Positions 28,107-37,692 of a stretch of DNA of 49,126 nt are shown one piece after another (the stretch's first letter is position 1; each line of letters opens with the position of its first letter). A program made the translations under genes and the position numbers. This stretch comes from Eubacteriales bacterium (GTDB taxonomy: Bacteria > Bacillota > Clostridia > Oscillospirales > QAKW01), in the NCBI GenBank assembly GCA_045545315.1, contig JAZQAR010000071.1, positions 1 to 49,126 on the forward strand, given 5' to 3'. The notes under the pieces are model-generated. The model searched no databases and was not told where the DNA came from. It saw only the letters and a list, made by a program, of their open reading frames with translations.

Positions 28107-29807
28107 ATGGATTTTAATATTTGTCCCCGATTGAAAAAAGCAGAGGTGAAGGAAGGTGCCTTCCGCCCGGACACTCTGAAGGTCTTCTGCGTGGGAGAGG
28201 CGCCCCTGTTCTTCAGCACCATGAAGCATCTTTGCCGGGATCTTTCGGTGGAGACCGCCACCCGTGAGGAGGCCAACGTCACCATTACTGTGGCAGAGGT
28301 TTTTTCTCCCAAGAACGAATATTGCTCCCTGCGGATCCGGGAAGAGGGAATGGAGATCCATTGCCGGGATAATGCCGGCGCCCGGAACGCCGCCGCTATT
28401 CTGGCCCAGATCGTCGCCATGGACGAGGAGGGGCTTTATATCCCCTGCGGTGAGATCGAGGATTGGCCCGATACCCAATACCGGGCCATGATGCTGGAAA
28501 GTTCCGGCCGAGCCTGGATCTCTATGGATCGGTTTATGGAGTATATCCGCCAGATGGCCCTTTGCCGGATGAATACCTTCCAGTTCCATTTTATGGAGGA
28601 TCCCGGCTGTACCGTGCAGTTGGATTGTCTGCCTAATATGGTGGGCTTTACCCGGGGCGGAGGGAACTGTAAATATACCAAGGCGGAAGTGAGGGAGATG
28701 ATCGCCTACGCTGCCGAACTGGGCATTACCGTGACTCCCTTTGTGGAGGTCCTTTCCCACGTGCGGGAACTGGCATTAGAGGCGGGCATCGCCTGCCCGG
28801 GCGATAAGATCGAGAATATGTACGACGTTTGTCTGGGTCAGGAGAAAACCTTTGAAGTGATCGAAATGGTACTGAAAGAAGTTGCCGAACTGTTCCCCGA
28901 TCCGGTGATCCATATCGGTGCCGACGAATACGATATGAGCCGGGTGACCCCGAAGACCGCCTATTGGGATCAATGTCCCCATTGCCGTGCTCTTTCCGAA
29001 AAAATGGGCTATACTACCCTGCGGGAGCTGTTCCTTTACGGCATCAACCGTGTTAACCGTATCGTGAATAAGCTGGGCAAGGTCATGATGATGTGGAATG
29101 CGGATATCCAGCCCGGTCACCTGCCGGAGGAACTGGATCGCAATATCATTATCCATTATTATCGGGAGAATAACGGACTGGGGCGTGAGCGAATCTATAA
29201 CCTGAATATGAACGGGTATATGGAAGAGGGCTTCAGCCTGATCAACTCCTTCTATCCCGAAACCTATATGGACTACGACAATTATATGAAGATCGAAAAC
29301 CTGGTGGGCTGGTCCCCCTATAACCGCCCTCTGGTCAAAAAGGGTAACGAGGCCCGGGTGCCCGGCGGTTGTTGCTGTGCCTGGGAAGACTATGAGCATT
29401 ATTACCGCACCATTCCTGCCGCCATTGTGCTGTTTGCCGATCGGCTTTGGAATGCTGAAGGGGATCCCGTTGTCTATGATGATGCTTACGGTCGGATGAT
29501 GACCCGGGTGCTGTTCGACGGAATGTTGCCCCTGGATCTGAACGTCTTTGCCGCCGTGGGCGAGGTATTGCCGCCCCGGGGCAGCAAAAAGCAGGTGGAT
29601 CGCACCCACGAGATCCTGTTCCCCAGCCGGATCACCGCAGACCTGGAAGAACTGGAGCGGATCCGCAGAGAACTGGCGGTGCTTTCTGCCGAGGGCCACG
29701 CCCTGGCCGGGGTTTATCTGGAGGTGGCCGAGGAAGCCATCAAGGCGGTGGAGAATCGGGAAGAATACAAAGGCCCTGCAAAAAAACGTAAACATTTTGA
29801 AGGCTAA
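28107..29807 (+). CDS. GH20-family (beta-N-acetylhexosaminidase-like) glycoside hydrolase
   Basis: IEDWPDTQYRAMML, MNTFQFH, YTKAEVREMIAYA and HIGADE catalytic motif; no signal peptide. Confidence 0.85.
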   Translation: MDFNICPRLKKAEVKEGAFRPDTLKVFCVGEAPLFFSTMKHLCRDLSVETATREEANVTITVAEVFSPKNEYCSLRIREEGMEIHCRDNAGARNAAAILAQIVAMDEEGLYIPCGEIEDWPDTQYRAMMLESSGRAWISMDRFMEYIRQMALCRMNTFQFHFMEDPGCTVQLDCLPNMVGFTRGGGNCKYTKAEVREMIAYAAELGITVTPFVEVLSHVRELALEAGIACPGDKIENMYDVCLGQEKTFEVIEMVLKEVAELFPDPVIHIGADEYDMSRVTPKTAYWDQCPHCRALSEKMGYTTLRELFLYGINRVNRIVNKLGKVMMMWNADIQPGHLPEELDRNIIIHYYRENNGLGRERIYNLNMNGYMEEGFSLINSFYPETYMDYDNYMKIENLVGWSPYNRPLVKKGNEARVPGGCCCAWEDYEHYYRTIPAAIVLFADRLWNAEGDPVVYDDAYGRMMTRVLFDGMLPLDLNVFAAVGEVLPPRGSKKQVDRTHEILFPSRITADLEELERIRRELAVLSAEGHALAGVYLEVAEEAIKAVENREEYKGPAKKRKHFEG

Positions 29808-29844
29808 AATAAGAAAGCAGAGGAAGGCGTTTGCCTTCCCCTGC

Positions 29845-30660
29845 TTATTTTTTGGTATTCCCCTGCTTATTTTTTCGGTATTCCGTGGGCGAATAGCCGC
29901 TCTGCTCTTTGAACCAGCGGCAAAAATAGGGGGTGTTTTCGATCCCCACCGCCGCTGCCACCAGATAGACGGGGGTTGTGGTTACAGTGAGCAGTTGTTT
30001 TGCCTTTTCCAGCCGGCAGGCGGCGATGTATTCGCCTACCGTTTGGTTTAGTTCCCGGCGGAATCCGGCATACAGAGCATTTTTGGATAAATGGAACCGT
30101 TGACAGAGAGAGCCTATACTCAGGGGCTCCTGCAGATGGACGCGGATATAGTCTGCTGCTTCCTGAATGGGGGTGTCCGGCATAAAACGCATAGCGCTTT
30201 CAAAAAGAATATAGGGAAGAAGATGATAGAGCGACTCCAACCGTTCGGGGGAAACCAAGGGCAGTTGATCGTAGAGCCGGTTCAGTTTTTCCTGATCCGT
30301 AGGCGGCAGATAACTTGCCTTTTTAGGAGAATTTTCGGAGCGTACCTGCCCCATCAGGGCATAAGCCACCGGTTCGCCGTTTTTTAAAATGGGCATCGCC
30401 GCATCGTAAAGCCCGGCCCGGCAGATCTGCCGTTCCATCTTCATACTTTTTTTACACCGTTCCAGAATGATGTGGTCGCAGGTGCTGCACCGTTTTCGTT
30501 CCCCGGGCAGGCTCTGCAGTAAAGTGCAGTAATTCCCCGGGGCGGAAAAGGTAATGATCGGGCGGTATTCGGTGTCCAGGATCGAGATCCCCACCCCGGT
30601 TAGGGTATAGATATCCTGTAAAAGACGGCTTAATTTTTCGGTGTCGTAAAGGATCTTCAT
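29845..30660 (-). CDS. AraC regulator with PocR sensor domain
   Basis: PocR Cys motifs (YC...C..CD, CRAGL.DAAMP, MGQ) plus AraC HTH. Confidence 0.9.
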   Translation of the reverse strand: MKILYDTEKLSRLLQDIYTLTGVGISILDTEYRPIITFSAPGNYCTLLQSLPGERKRCSTCDHIILERCKKSMKMERQICRAGLYDAAMPILKNGEPVAYALMGQVRSENSPKKASYLPPTDQEKLNRLYDQLPLVSPERLESLYHLLPYILFESAMRFMPDTPIQEAADYIRVHLQEPLSIGSLCQRFHLSKNALYAGFRRELNQTVGEYIAACRLEKAKQLLTVTTTPVYLVAAAVGIENTPYFCRWFKEQSGYSPTEYRKNKQGNTKK

Positions 30661-30788
30661 GGGGTGCTCCTTTCGGTTTATTGTCTTATTATACCGAAAA
30701 TGGGAAGAAAGTGCAATCTTTTGGGAAGATTTTTTCTTGCGAAAGCGGAAGAAATAGACTATAAAAGATGGGAGGAGTGAAATGATTT

Positions 30789-31637
30789 ATGAATGCAATT
30801 TATCTGATCACCATTATCGCCGGTTGTGCGGCGCAAAATGTGTTGAAAAAAGCCTTTACCAATAAGCGGGGGCGTGGCGGTGTTTTCTTTTTCGGCGCTC
30901 TGACGGCCCTGGCGGCTTTGTTATTCTTTATCTGCTCCGGCGGAAAACTGAACTGGGAGCCTGGGCTTTGGCCCTATAGCCTGGGCTTTGCCCTTTCTTA
31001 TGGAGCGGGGACAGTGGGCGCCGTGGCGGCCGTTCATTACGGTCCTCTGGCGTTGACCGGGCTGATGACTTCTTATTCCTTGCTGATGCCTACTCTTTAC
31101 GGATTGATCTTTTTGAAGGATCCCATCGGGGTTGGGTTATTCCCGGGGCTGGCTCTGTTGGTGATCTCCCTGGCGTTGATCACCCGCCGTAACGACGAAG
31201 CGCCCATTACCCTGAAGTGGGGGATCTTCGTGGCCCTGGCCTTTTTGGGCAACGGGATGTGCTCGGTGGTGCAAAAGATGCAGCAGGTAGCCTTCGGCGG
31301 CGGCTGTAAAAGCGAATTTATGATCCTGGCGTTGGGAATGGTGGTATTGCTTCTGGGGGGCGGTGCCCTTTTACGGGAGCGGAAGGAACTGCAGGAAAAC
31401 CTGAAGGCCGGCTGGTACCTGGCGGTGCCCTGCGGCCTTTCCAACGGGCTGGTGAATCTTTTTGTGATGATCCTTTCCGCCCTGATGCCCGTTTCGGTGA
31501 TGTTCCCGCTGATCTCTGCCGGAGGGATCGTGACCACTTATCTTTTCGCCCGATTCTTATATCGGGAAAAACTGACGAAAATTCAGCTGGTGGGCTTTGT
31601 TTTGGGCATTGGCTCCATCGTACTTTTGAATTTGTAA
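30789..31637 (+). CDS. EamA/DMT-family transporter
   Basis: About 10 TM; YGPLALT; LYREKL...QLVG. Confidence 0.85.
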   Translation: MNAIYLITIIAGCAAQNVLKKAFTNKRGRGGVFFFGALTALAALLFFICSGGKLNWEPGLWPYSLGFALSYGAGTVGAVAAVHYGPLALTGLMTSYSLLMPTLYGLIFLKDPIGVGLFPGLALLVISLALITRRNDEAPITLKWGIFVALAFLGNGMCSVVQKMQQVAFGGGCKSEFMILALGMVVLLLGGGALLRERKELQENLKAGWYLAVPCGLSNGLVNLFVMILSALMPVSVMFPLISAGGIVTTYLFARFLYREKLTKIQLVGFVLGIGSIVLLNL

Positions 31638-31649
31638 GGAGAGGCGGCT

Positions 31650-33536
31650 ATGTATCAAATTCCCGTTCCCGTTCATAACGATAACCTGGTGGGGGAGAAC
31701 CGTGAACGTACCCTGCAGGAATTAAAACGGCTGGATGCCACCCGGGTGATTCTTTGTCTGGGAACCTATAAAAAAGACGAGAAAAAGAAGCAGGCCGAGC
31801 TGGAGCTGTTGCGGGAAAACTGTGCCTTTTTCCACCGGGCGGGCTATGAGGTGGCCGCCTGGATCTGGACCTTTTGGGTGGTGGAGGACGACCGCTTCCG
31901 TTTTATGCGTTCCATTGAGGGTAAGGACAGCGGGGCCTTCGTTTGCCCTACCGATGAAAAATTTGTCGAATACGCTTCAAATTATATTCAGGAGATCGCC
32001 GCCACCGGCGTGGATATGATCCAGTTTGACGATGACTTCCGCTACGGCTCGGTGGAGGGGCAGACCTGTTGTCTTTGCGACGGTCATATTGCCGCCATCA
32101 ATCGGATCACCGGCCGCAAGGACGACCGGGAGACCATCTATCGCCATATTGTCAGCGGCGGCCCTAATCCCCTGCGGGATGCATGGCTTCAGGTAAACGG
32201 AGATTCCTTCCGCAATTTTGCCAAGGCGGTGCGAAAAAAGGTAGACGAGGTGAATCCCGCCATCCGTATCGGCCCCTGCGCCTGTCTGACCAGTTGGGAT
32301 CTGGATGGAATCACCGCCGGAGAACTGGCCAAGATCCTGGCCGGCAACACCAAACCCTTTGCCCGGCTGATCGGCGCACCCTATTGGGCCGCCCGCAGAA
32401 GCTGGGGCACCCGCCTGCCCGACGTGATCGAGTTGGAGCGGATGGAGGCCGCCTGGACCCGCCAAATCGGAGAAATTGAACTGTTTGCCGAGGGGGATAC
32501 CTACCCCCGCCCCCGCAGCAGCTGCCCGGCCTCTTATCTGGAGGGCTACGATATGGCCCTGCGGGCGGCAGGATGCCTGGATGGGATCCAGAAATATGCC
32601 ATCGATTACGTCTCCAACGCCGATTATGAACGAGGCTACGCCGATCTTTATCAGCGGAACAAGCCTATGTATGAAAAGATCGAAGGGCTCTTCGGCGATA
32701 AGCGTGCCGTGGGGGTACGGATCTACGAGGCACCGGGGAAGGTGCGGGATATGGTGATGCCCACCAAGGTAAATAAGACTATGGATCTGAACCTGACCCT
32801 CTTTTCCAAGGCGGGGCGCAGTTTTGCCAACAACACCGTGCCCACGGTCTACGAGGGAGAAGGGATCTGTGGGGTGGTTTTTGACGAAAGTGCCCGCACG
32901 TTGCCCCTGGAGAAGATCGGCAAAGGGCTGATCCTGGATATCGCCGCCGCCGAGATTTTGCAGGAACGGGGCGTGGACGTGGGTCTGGCCTCCATCGGGG
33001 ACTCTGCCAGCGGAGATGCTCTGAGGGGTTCACCCGAGGTCTTCCTAAAGGAGGACAACCGTATTTTGACCGGGGATACCGCCTATTGCGACATCACCCT
33101 GAAGGAGGGAGCGGAACTAATGAGCTATGCCCCGGCAGGGGAACGCAGGGTGCCGGTGACCTATCGCTATGAAAACGCCCAAGGACAGCGGTTTTTGGTA
33201 TTGAATCTGTTGACCCGCCCCCGGGACGTCTATTCCCTGAAGCATTATGCCCGGGCCCGCCAGTATGCGGAGCAGGTGGAATGGATCAGCGGCCAAAAGC
33301 TCCCGGCCTTCGTTTACGGGCATCCCGCCTTATATATCCAATGCAAGGAAAAGAACGGCGCCCTGGCGGTGGGGCTTTGGAACTTTTTTGAGGACATTGC
33401 CTTTGCGCCGGTGGTGGAGCTGGGCAAGGAATATCGGGAGATCCGCTTTATCAGCGGTGCAGGCCGGCTGGAAGGGGATCGGGTATATCTGGAGGATATG
33501 CCGATCATGGGCTTTACAGCCTTTGAGGTGAAATAA
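31650..33536 (+). CDS. Hypothetical protein, probable TIM-barrel glycoside hydrolase-like
   Basis: 628 aa; CPTD..F..Y, GVDMIQFDDDFR, C.C..H motifs reminiscent of GHL-type/GH42-like proteins (inference). Confidence 0.65.
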   Translation: MYQIPVPVHNDNLVGENRERTLQELKRLDATRVILCLGTYKKDEKKKQAELELLRENCAFFHRAGYEVAAWIWTFWVVEDDRFRFMRSIEGKDSGAFVCPTDEKFVEYASNYIQEIAATGVDMIQFDDDFRYGSVEGQTCCLCDGHIAAINRITGRKDDRETIYRHIVSGGPNPLRDAWLQVNGDSFRNFAKAVRKKVDEVNPAIRIGPCACLTSWDLDGITAGELAKILAGNTKPFARLIGAPYWAARRSWGTRLPDVIELERMEAAWTRQIGEIELFAEGDTYPRPRSSCPASYLEGYDMALRAAGCLDGIQKYAIDYVSNADYERGYADLYQRNKPMYEKIEGLFGDKRAVGVRIYEAPGKVRDMVMPTKVNKTMDLNLTLFSKAGRSFANNTVPTVYEGEGICGVVFDESARTLPLEKIGKGLILDIAAAEILQERGVDVGLASIGDSASGDALRGSPEVFLKEDNRILTGDTAYCDITLKEGAELMSYAPAGERRVPVTYRYENAQGQRFLVLNLLTRPRDVYSLKHYARARQYAEQVEWISGQKLPAFVYGHPALYIQCKEKNGALAVGLWNFFEDIAFAPVVELGKEYREIRFISGAGRLEGDRVYLEDMPIMGFTAFEVK

Positions 33537-34688
33537 ATGAAGTTTTTTGAAGAATATACTTTGACGGTGGGGGAGGGTCGCCCCTCTCCCTTTATGAACG
33601 AGGTCGGCGTGTACCAGGACGGCACCACCCCCGCCTATCGGGATGTGGACGGCACCCTTTGGGCCGTGAGCGGCCATTCCCACAAGGGGCATATTGGGAT
33701 GTTCGCCGGCCGTACCCTGGACGATATGGTGGAAAAATGGCCCATCCAAACTAATTTTGAGATCGGCAACGCCCAAAGGGCCTTTGCCGGCGTCCGCTAC
33801 CCGGAGGGGATCCTGCCCCGGGGAAGTATCTGGCCCTTCGGCCTTTATATCTGCCCCAATACCCATCGGTTTTTCTGCTGGTTCCATAACGAGACCGGAT
33901 GGAACGGCCAAGGCTCCGCCTACGATGCCTTCGGCCCTTGCGAAAAACCCCGGTTTGACTCGGATTTTCGCCACGTGGGGCTGATGCATTCCGACGACGA
34001 GGGCAGAACCTGGGATTTTGACCGCTGGGTGCTGACCGGGGCAGAGGTGGCCTTCACCGACCGCTATAACCCCGGCGCAGGAGCGATGCTGGGGCAGACC
34101 GGGGATCGGATCCGCTTTGGGAGCGGGGATTTTTGTATGTATATCGAGCCCCAAGGCGATTATATCTATCTTTTCTATAATATTTTGGAGATGGATCTTT
34201 CCAAAGAGACCACGGCTGAGGTATGGCAACGGTGCGACGTTTACGTGGCACGTTGCCGCAAACGGACTGACGGCGCCATGGGGGATTTTGTCAAATATTA
34301 TAACGGAGCCTTTTGTGAGGCGGGCAATCTGGGGAAGGAAAGCCCCATCCTGGCGGATACCTGGCATCCCCGGGTGGTCTACAGCCAGCCGGAGGGGCGG
34401 TTTATTATGACCGGAAAGCCCATTGTGGCGGCTATGAAGGGGCGAATTCCCGGCCTGGACGAAAAGCGTAGGGTGATGCAGATCTCCACCTCTGAAGATC
34501 TGATCCATTGGAGCGAGCCGGAACTGATGCTCCGGGAGGGCGAGCCCTGGGGGAACCATTATAACGCTATTTTCTCTGACGATCCGGATGCCCAGCCTAA
34601 TTGGCTGACCTCCAACGAATTTTCTATTTTGAACAATCATAACGGAACGGACGTGCTCCGTTATCCGGCAAAATTAGAACGCAAATAA
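33537..34688 (+). CDS. Hypothetical beta-propeller carbohydrate-active protein
   Basis: 383 aa; Asp-box SDDEGRTW; S.DLIHWSEP; coupled to the upstream gene. Confidence 0.65.
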   Translation: MKFFEEYTLTVGEGRPSPFMNEVGVYQDGTTPAYRDVDGTLWAVSGHSHKGHIGMFAGRTLDDMVEKWPIQTNFEIGNAQRAFAGVRYPEGILPRGSIWPFGLYICPNTHRFFCWFHNETGWNGQGSAYDAFGPCEKPRFDSDFRHVGLMHSDDEGRTWDFDRWVLTGAEVAFTDRYNPGAGAMLGQTGDRIRFGSGDFCMYIEPQGDYIYLFYNILEMDLSKETTAEVWQRCDVYVARCRKRTDGAMGDFVKYYNGAFCEAGNLGKESPILADTWHPRVVYSQPEGRFIMTGKPIVAAMKGRIPGLDEKRRVMQISTSEDLIHWSEPELMLREGEPWGNHYNAIFSDDPDAQPNWLTSNEFSILNNHNGTDVLRYPAKLERK

Positions 34689-35041
34689 GAAAAAGCGGAA
34701 CCGGTCAGGTTCCGCTTTTTCAGACTGTCAAAAAAGGCACCGACCGCAGAAAAAAGAAAAAACCGGATGGGATAGCAATTCTGCCTCCCTTGTGTAATGG
34801 GAGGGGGACCGCGATAGCGGTGGAGGGATTGTTATAAGGAAAAAATGCGGCCAAAGCCGCATTTTAATTGAATTTTTTCTGCTTTCCGCCAACTCTCCCT
34901 CTCGTAGTACCTCTGTACAACTTCGGGTCGATTTGACGAAATCGGCACTCTTTTTTGCTCGTCTGCCAGCGTGTCAAAAATAACAATTAGAGTTTTTTGA
35001 CACGCTGAGAAAAAGCGGAACCTGACCGGTTCCGCTTTTTC
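34689..35041. mobile_element. MITE-like insertion flanked by an inverted duplication of a terminator
   Basis: The 33-bp hairpin at 34689-34721 is the exact reverse complement of 35009-35041; inner ends CAGACTGTCAAAAAA / TTTTTTGACACGCTG; internal GC-rich palindromes at 34783-34831. Confidence 0.65.
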
Positions 35042-35043
35042 AG

Positions 35044-37602
35044 TTATTCACCTTGTTTCGACAGTAGGTAGGTATCGAATTTATACACCGCATTGGCGGC
35101 AAAGGCTCTGTCCATGGCGTATTGGGAGGCATAGAAGGCGTATTCATAGTTGCCGTCCCCCACCACCAGGTTCTGATCCCGGCAGAAAACGGTGGCCCGG
35201 ATCACCTCCTCCGGCAGGTTGGGGTATTGTTGCTTCATAGCTTTGAAGGAGCCTTCGTTGGGGGTGGTATCGATGCCAAAATACTTCGCCGCCCGCTCCA
35301 GGATCAGGCAGGCCTGTCCCACGGTCATTCCCTCGTCCAGGCTGGTGGGGAACAGACCGTCGTCGGTCAGGATCCCCATCTCGAAGCACCAGAACCGGGC
35401 ATCCCGGAACTTTCGGAGCGCCGTAAAGGGGGGATTGGGGCCGTCGGCCTCGGGGGAGCCCGCCAGCCGATAGACGATGTCCAGCATCTCCGCAATGGAG
35501 CATTCGTCGTAAAGACCGAAGTTGGTCTTGCTCTTGGGCGCCATCAGCTCGTTGGTCAGCACGTAGTAGACCGGCGCCTGAGCCATGATCCCCACGTCCA
35601 GATATTGGGTGGTGGGGTCCTGGATCACCTCGGTGCTGGTCTCCCGGCCGTAGGCGAAGGCGTAGTAGTCGTTGTTGAGGATCTCGGTACTGATGCGGAA
35701 CTTTTTATCCACCGCCGCATAAAGGCGGGCGGCTCGCTCTTTGGTCTCGTCGGTCTTATCGTCGTATTGGAAATAGGCCTCGGCGGCATCGTAGCGGATG
35801 CCCTCGGCAATAAAACTGCCGTCGGCCAGCACCGCCACGTGATCCACGTTATCCGCCAGAATATCCTGACCGGCCAGCAGGCGGGAATCATAGGTCAACC
35901 CGAACAGATTCAAGACCGTGGGCAGAATGTCGATGGTGGAGCAATAATTGCTCACCCGCACCGGCTCCATATTGGGAACGTAGCAGATAAAGCTGTTTTT
36001 CTGCTTATCGAAGATATCGTTGATGGGGCGCCCGGCCAGCTCGGCGTATTCCTGGTCAGTCAGGCCGTAGGGGTAATGGTCGGTGGTCAGGACGATGGCG
36101 GTCTTATCGGCAATGCCCGCCTCCTCCAGCCGTTCCATCAGGTAGGTCAGCGCCATCTCCACCTCCAGATTGCAGGCAATATAGGATTTGACCGCCTCGG
36201 AGCCGTTCAGGTGCTGGACCTTATCCCAGTTTTTTGCGGTCATGGCGTTATCCTTGGTGTACTGATAATGGCCGCTGAAGGTCATATAGTAGGCCACAAA
36301 CTGCTTACCGCTATTGATATATTCATCCACCGAGGCCACCATCATATCGTGGTCGGAGGAGGGCCAGGTGACCTCGATATCCAGGCCGCTGTTACCGGCC
36401 TTGAAGTCGTAGCCCATATTGGTGTGGGTATAGTTCCGATGATAAAATTCCGCCACGTAGTTATGGTAGGCCTTGGCCAGCCCCCCTTGGGCTTTAAAGA
36501 GATTGCCGTAGCAATAGGGCAGGTAATGGGTGGCGGAAAGCCCGAAACTGGAATCGGTCTTCCCCCGGGAAACGTCCGGCAAAAGCCCCATACAAAAGGC
36601 GTATTCCCCGTTGGTGGTGGTATTGGGGAAGCCGGCATAGAAATTTTCGAAGATAAAGCCGCTGTTGACCAGCTTATAGAGGGTGGGGGTCAGCTCCGGG
36701 TCGATGAATTCCGGGCTGAAGGCCTCGGCGCAAAGGGCGATCAGGTTATAGCCCTCGCAAAGGCCGGTGTATTGGTTCTTTTGGGAGACCGGCATATTGG
36801 AAAGGGCGGCGGTCAGCGCCTTGAGCCGTTTGGTCTCTGCCTTGCCGTAGAGGGTGGGCAGATCCAGGTTGGGATCCACTTGATCCCCTTCGCCGTATTC
36901 GGCGTTGGAAAGGGGCTCGTTAAAGGTTTTCTCCTGCTCCGGCAGGATCAGCCAGCGGGTCTCCTGCACCATGGTGATAAACAGGCCGAAGTTACTGGTG
37001 CTGACGTCGGTGGAGGTGTTGGAGCTGTTGAACAGTCCGAACAGAGAAGGAGAACCGGAGAAAAACAGCGCCATGACCCCAAGGGTCAGTCCGAAGATTC
37101 CGGCAGAGATCCCCAGGGGAATAACGGAAAGCCACTTTTTGGGGCGGCTGAATTTGGCCCGTTGCCAGATCCCCAAGGCACAAAGGCAGATAAAGGGCAA
37201 CAGCAGGATCAGGATCATCCAAAAAGCGGAGCGGATCCCCTCCAGGGTCTGACCCGCAAAGTTGGTGACCGCCTGGCCGCCCATCTTGGCGGAGGAGAGG
37301 GGCGCAAAGCCCTTGAAGATCTCAAAATAGACCATCTGCACCTCGTAGACCAGGGTGACGAAAAAGGCCAACAGATAAGTCAGCACCAAATTCACCTTTT
37401 GGGGGAACACGCCGGTCAGAAAGGAGAAAAAGAAGCCCAGCCCCAAAGCAAACAGCAGGATCCAGCCGGTGTTCACCGAAAGGGAACGGTATGCAAAGAG
37501 ATGCAGGGCGATCTCGCTATAGCAAAAGAGCAGGGGGAAGAACAGTATTTTGCCCTTCCGCAATAGGGGAAGGGCTTTTTCGATCAGGGGTTTTAAGTGC
37601 AT
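35044..37602 (-). CDS. LTA synthase (LtaS)/sulfatase-family membrane protein with degenerate C-terminal SLH-like region
   Basis: 5 N-terminal TM; NLIALCAEA, TTNGEY, TFSGH, DHYPY and STIDILPT alkaline-phosphatase-superfamily motifs. Confidence 0.85.
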   Translation of the reverse strand: MHLKPLIEKALPLLRKGKILFFPLLFCYSEIALHLFAYRSLSVNTGWILLFALGLGFFFSFLTGVFPQKVNLVLTYLLAFFVTLVYEVQMVYFEIFKGFAPLSSAKMGGQAVTNFAGQTLEGIRSAFWMILILLLPFICLCALGIWQRAKFSRPKKWLSVIPLGISAGIFGLTLGVMALFFSGSPSLFGLFNSSNTSTDVSTSNFGLFITMVQETRWLILPEQEKTFNEPLSNAEYGEGDQVDPNLDLPTLYGKAETKRLKALTAALSNMPVSQKNQYTGLCEGYNLIALCAEAFSPEFIDPELTPTLYKLVNSGFIFENFYAGFPNTTTNGEYAFCMGLLPDVSRGKTDSSFGLSATHYLPYCYGNLFKAQGGLAKAYHNYVAEFYHRNYTHTNMGYDFKAGNSGLDIEVTWPSSDHDMMVASVDEYINSGKQFVAYYMTFSGHYQYTKDNAMTAKNWDKVQHLNGSEAVKSYIACNLEVEMALTYLMERLEEAGIADKTAIVLTTDHYPYGLTDQEYAELAGRPINDIFDKQKNSFICYVPNMEPVRVSNYCSTIDILPTVLNLFGLTYDSRLLAGQDILADNVDHVAVLADGSFIAEGIRYDAAEAYFQYDDKTDETKERAARLYAAVDKKFRISTEILNNDYYAFAYGRETSTEVIQDPTTQYLDVGIMAQAPVYYVLTNELMAPKSKTNFGLYDECSIAEMLDIVYRLAGSPEADGPNPPFTALRKFRDARFWCFEMGILTDDGLFPTSLDEGMTVGQACLILERAAKYFGIDTTPNEGSFKAMKQQYPNLPEEVIRATVFCRDQNLVVGDGNYEYAFYASQYAMDRAFAANAVYKFDTYLLSKQGE

Positions 37603-37692
37603 CAGAACCTCCGAAAAGATATCTTTCTATGGGAATAACTACCCACATTATAATAGAAGGTTACAAAAAATGTGTAAATAGACTGTAAATTA

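Noticed and set aside
29836-29884. ~22-bp tandem duplication at the 3' end of the PocR-AraC gene
   Set aside because: A local slippage duplication that only adds a few C-terminal residues; no sign of a mobile element.
35122-37566. 814-aa antisense ORF, and similar long shadows at 46257-48881, 33330-34640 and 23953-25032
   Set aside because: They lie opposite well-supported genes, show no recognisable motifs, and are expected from GC3/RNY codon bias.
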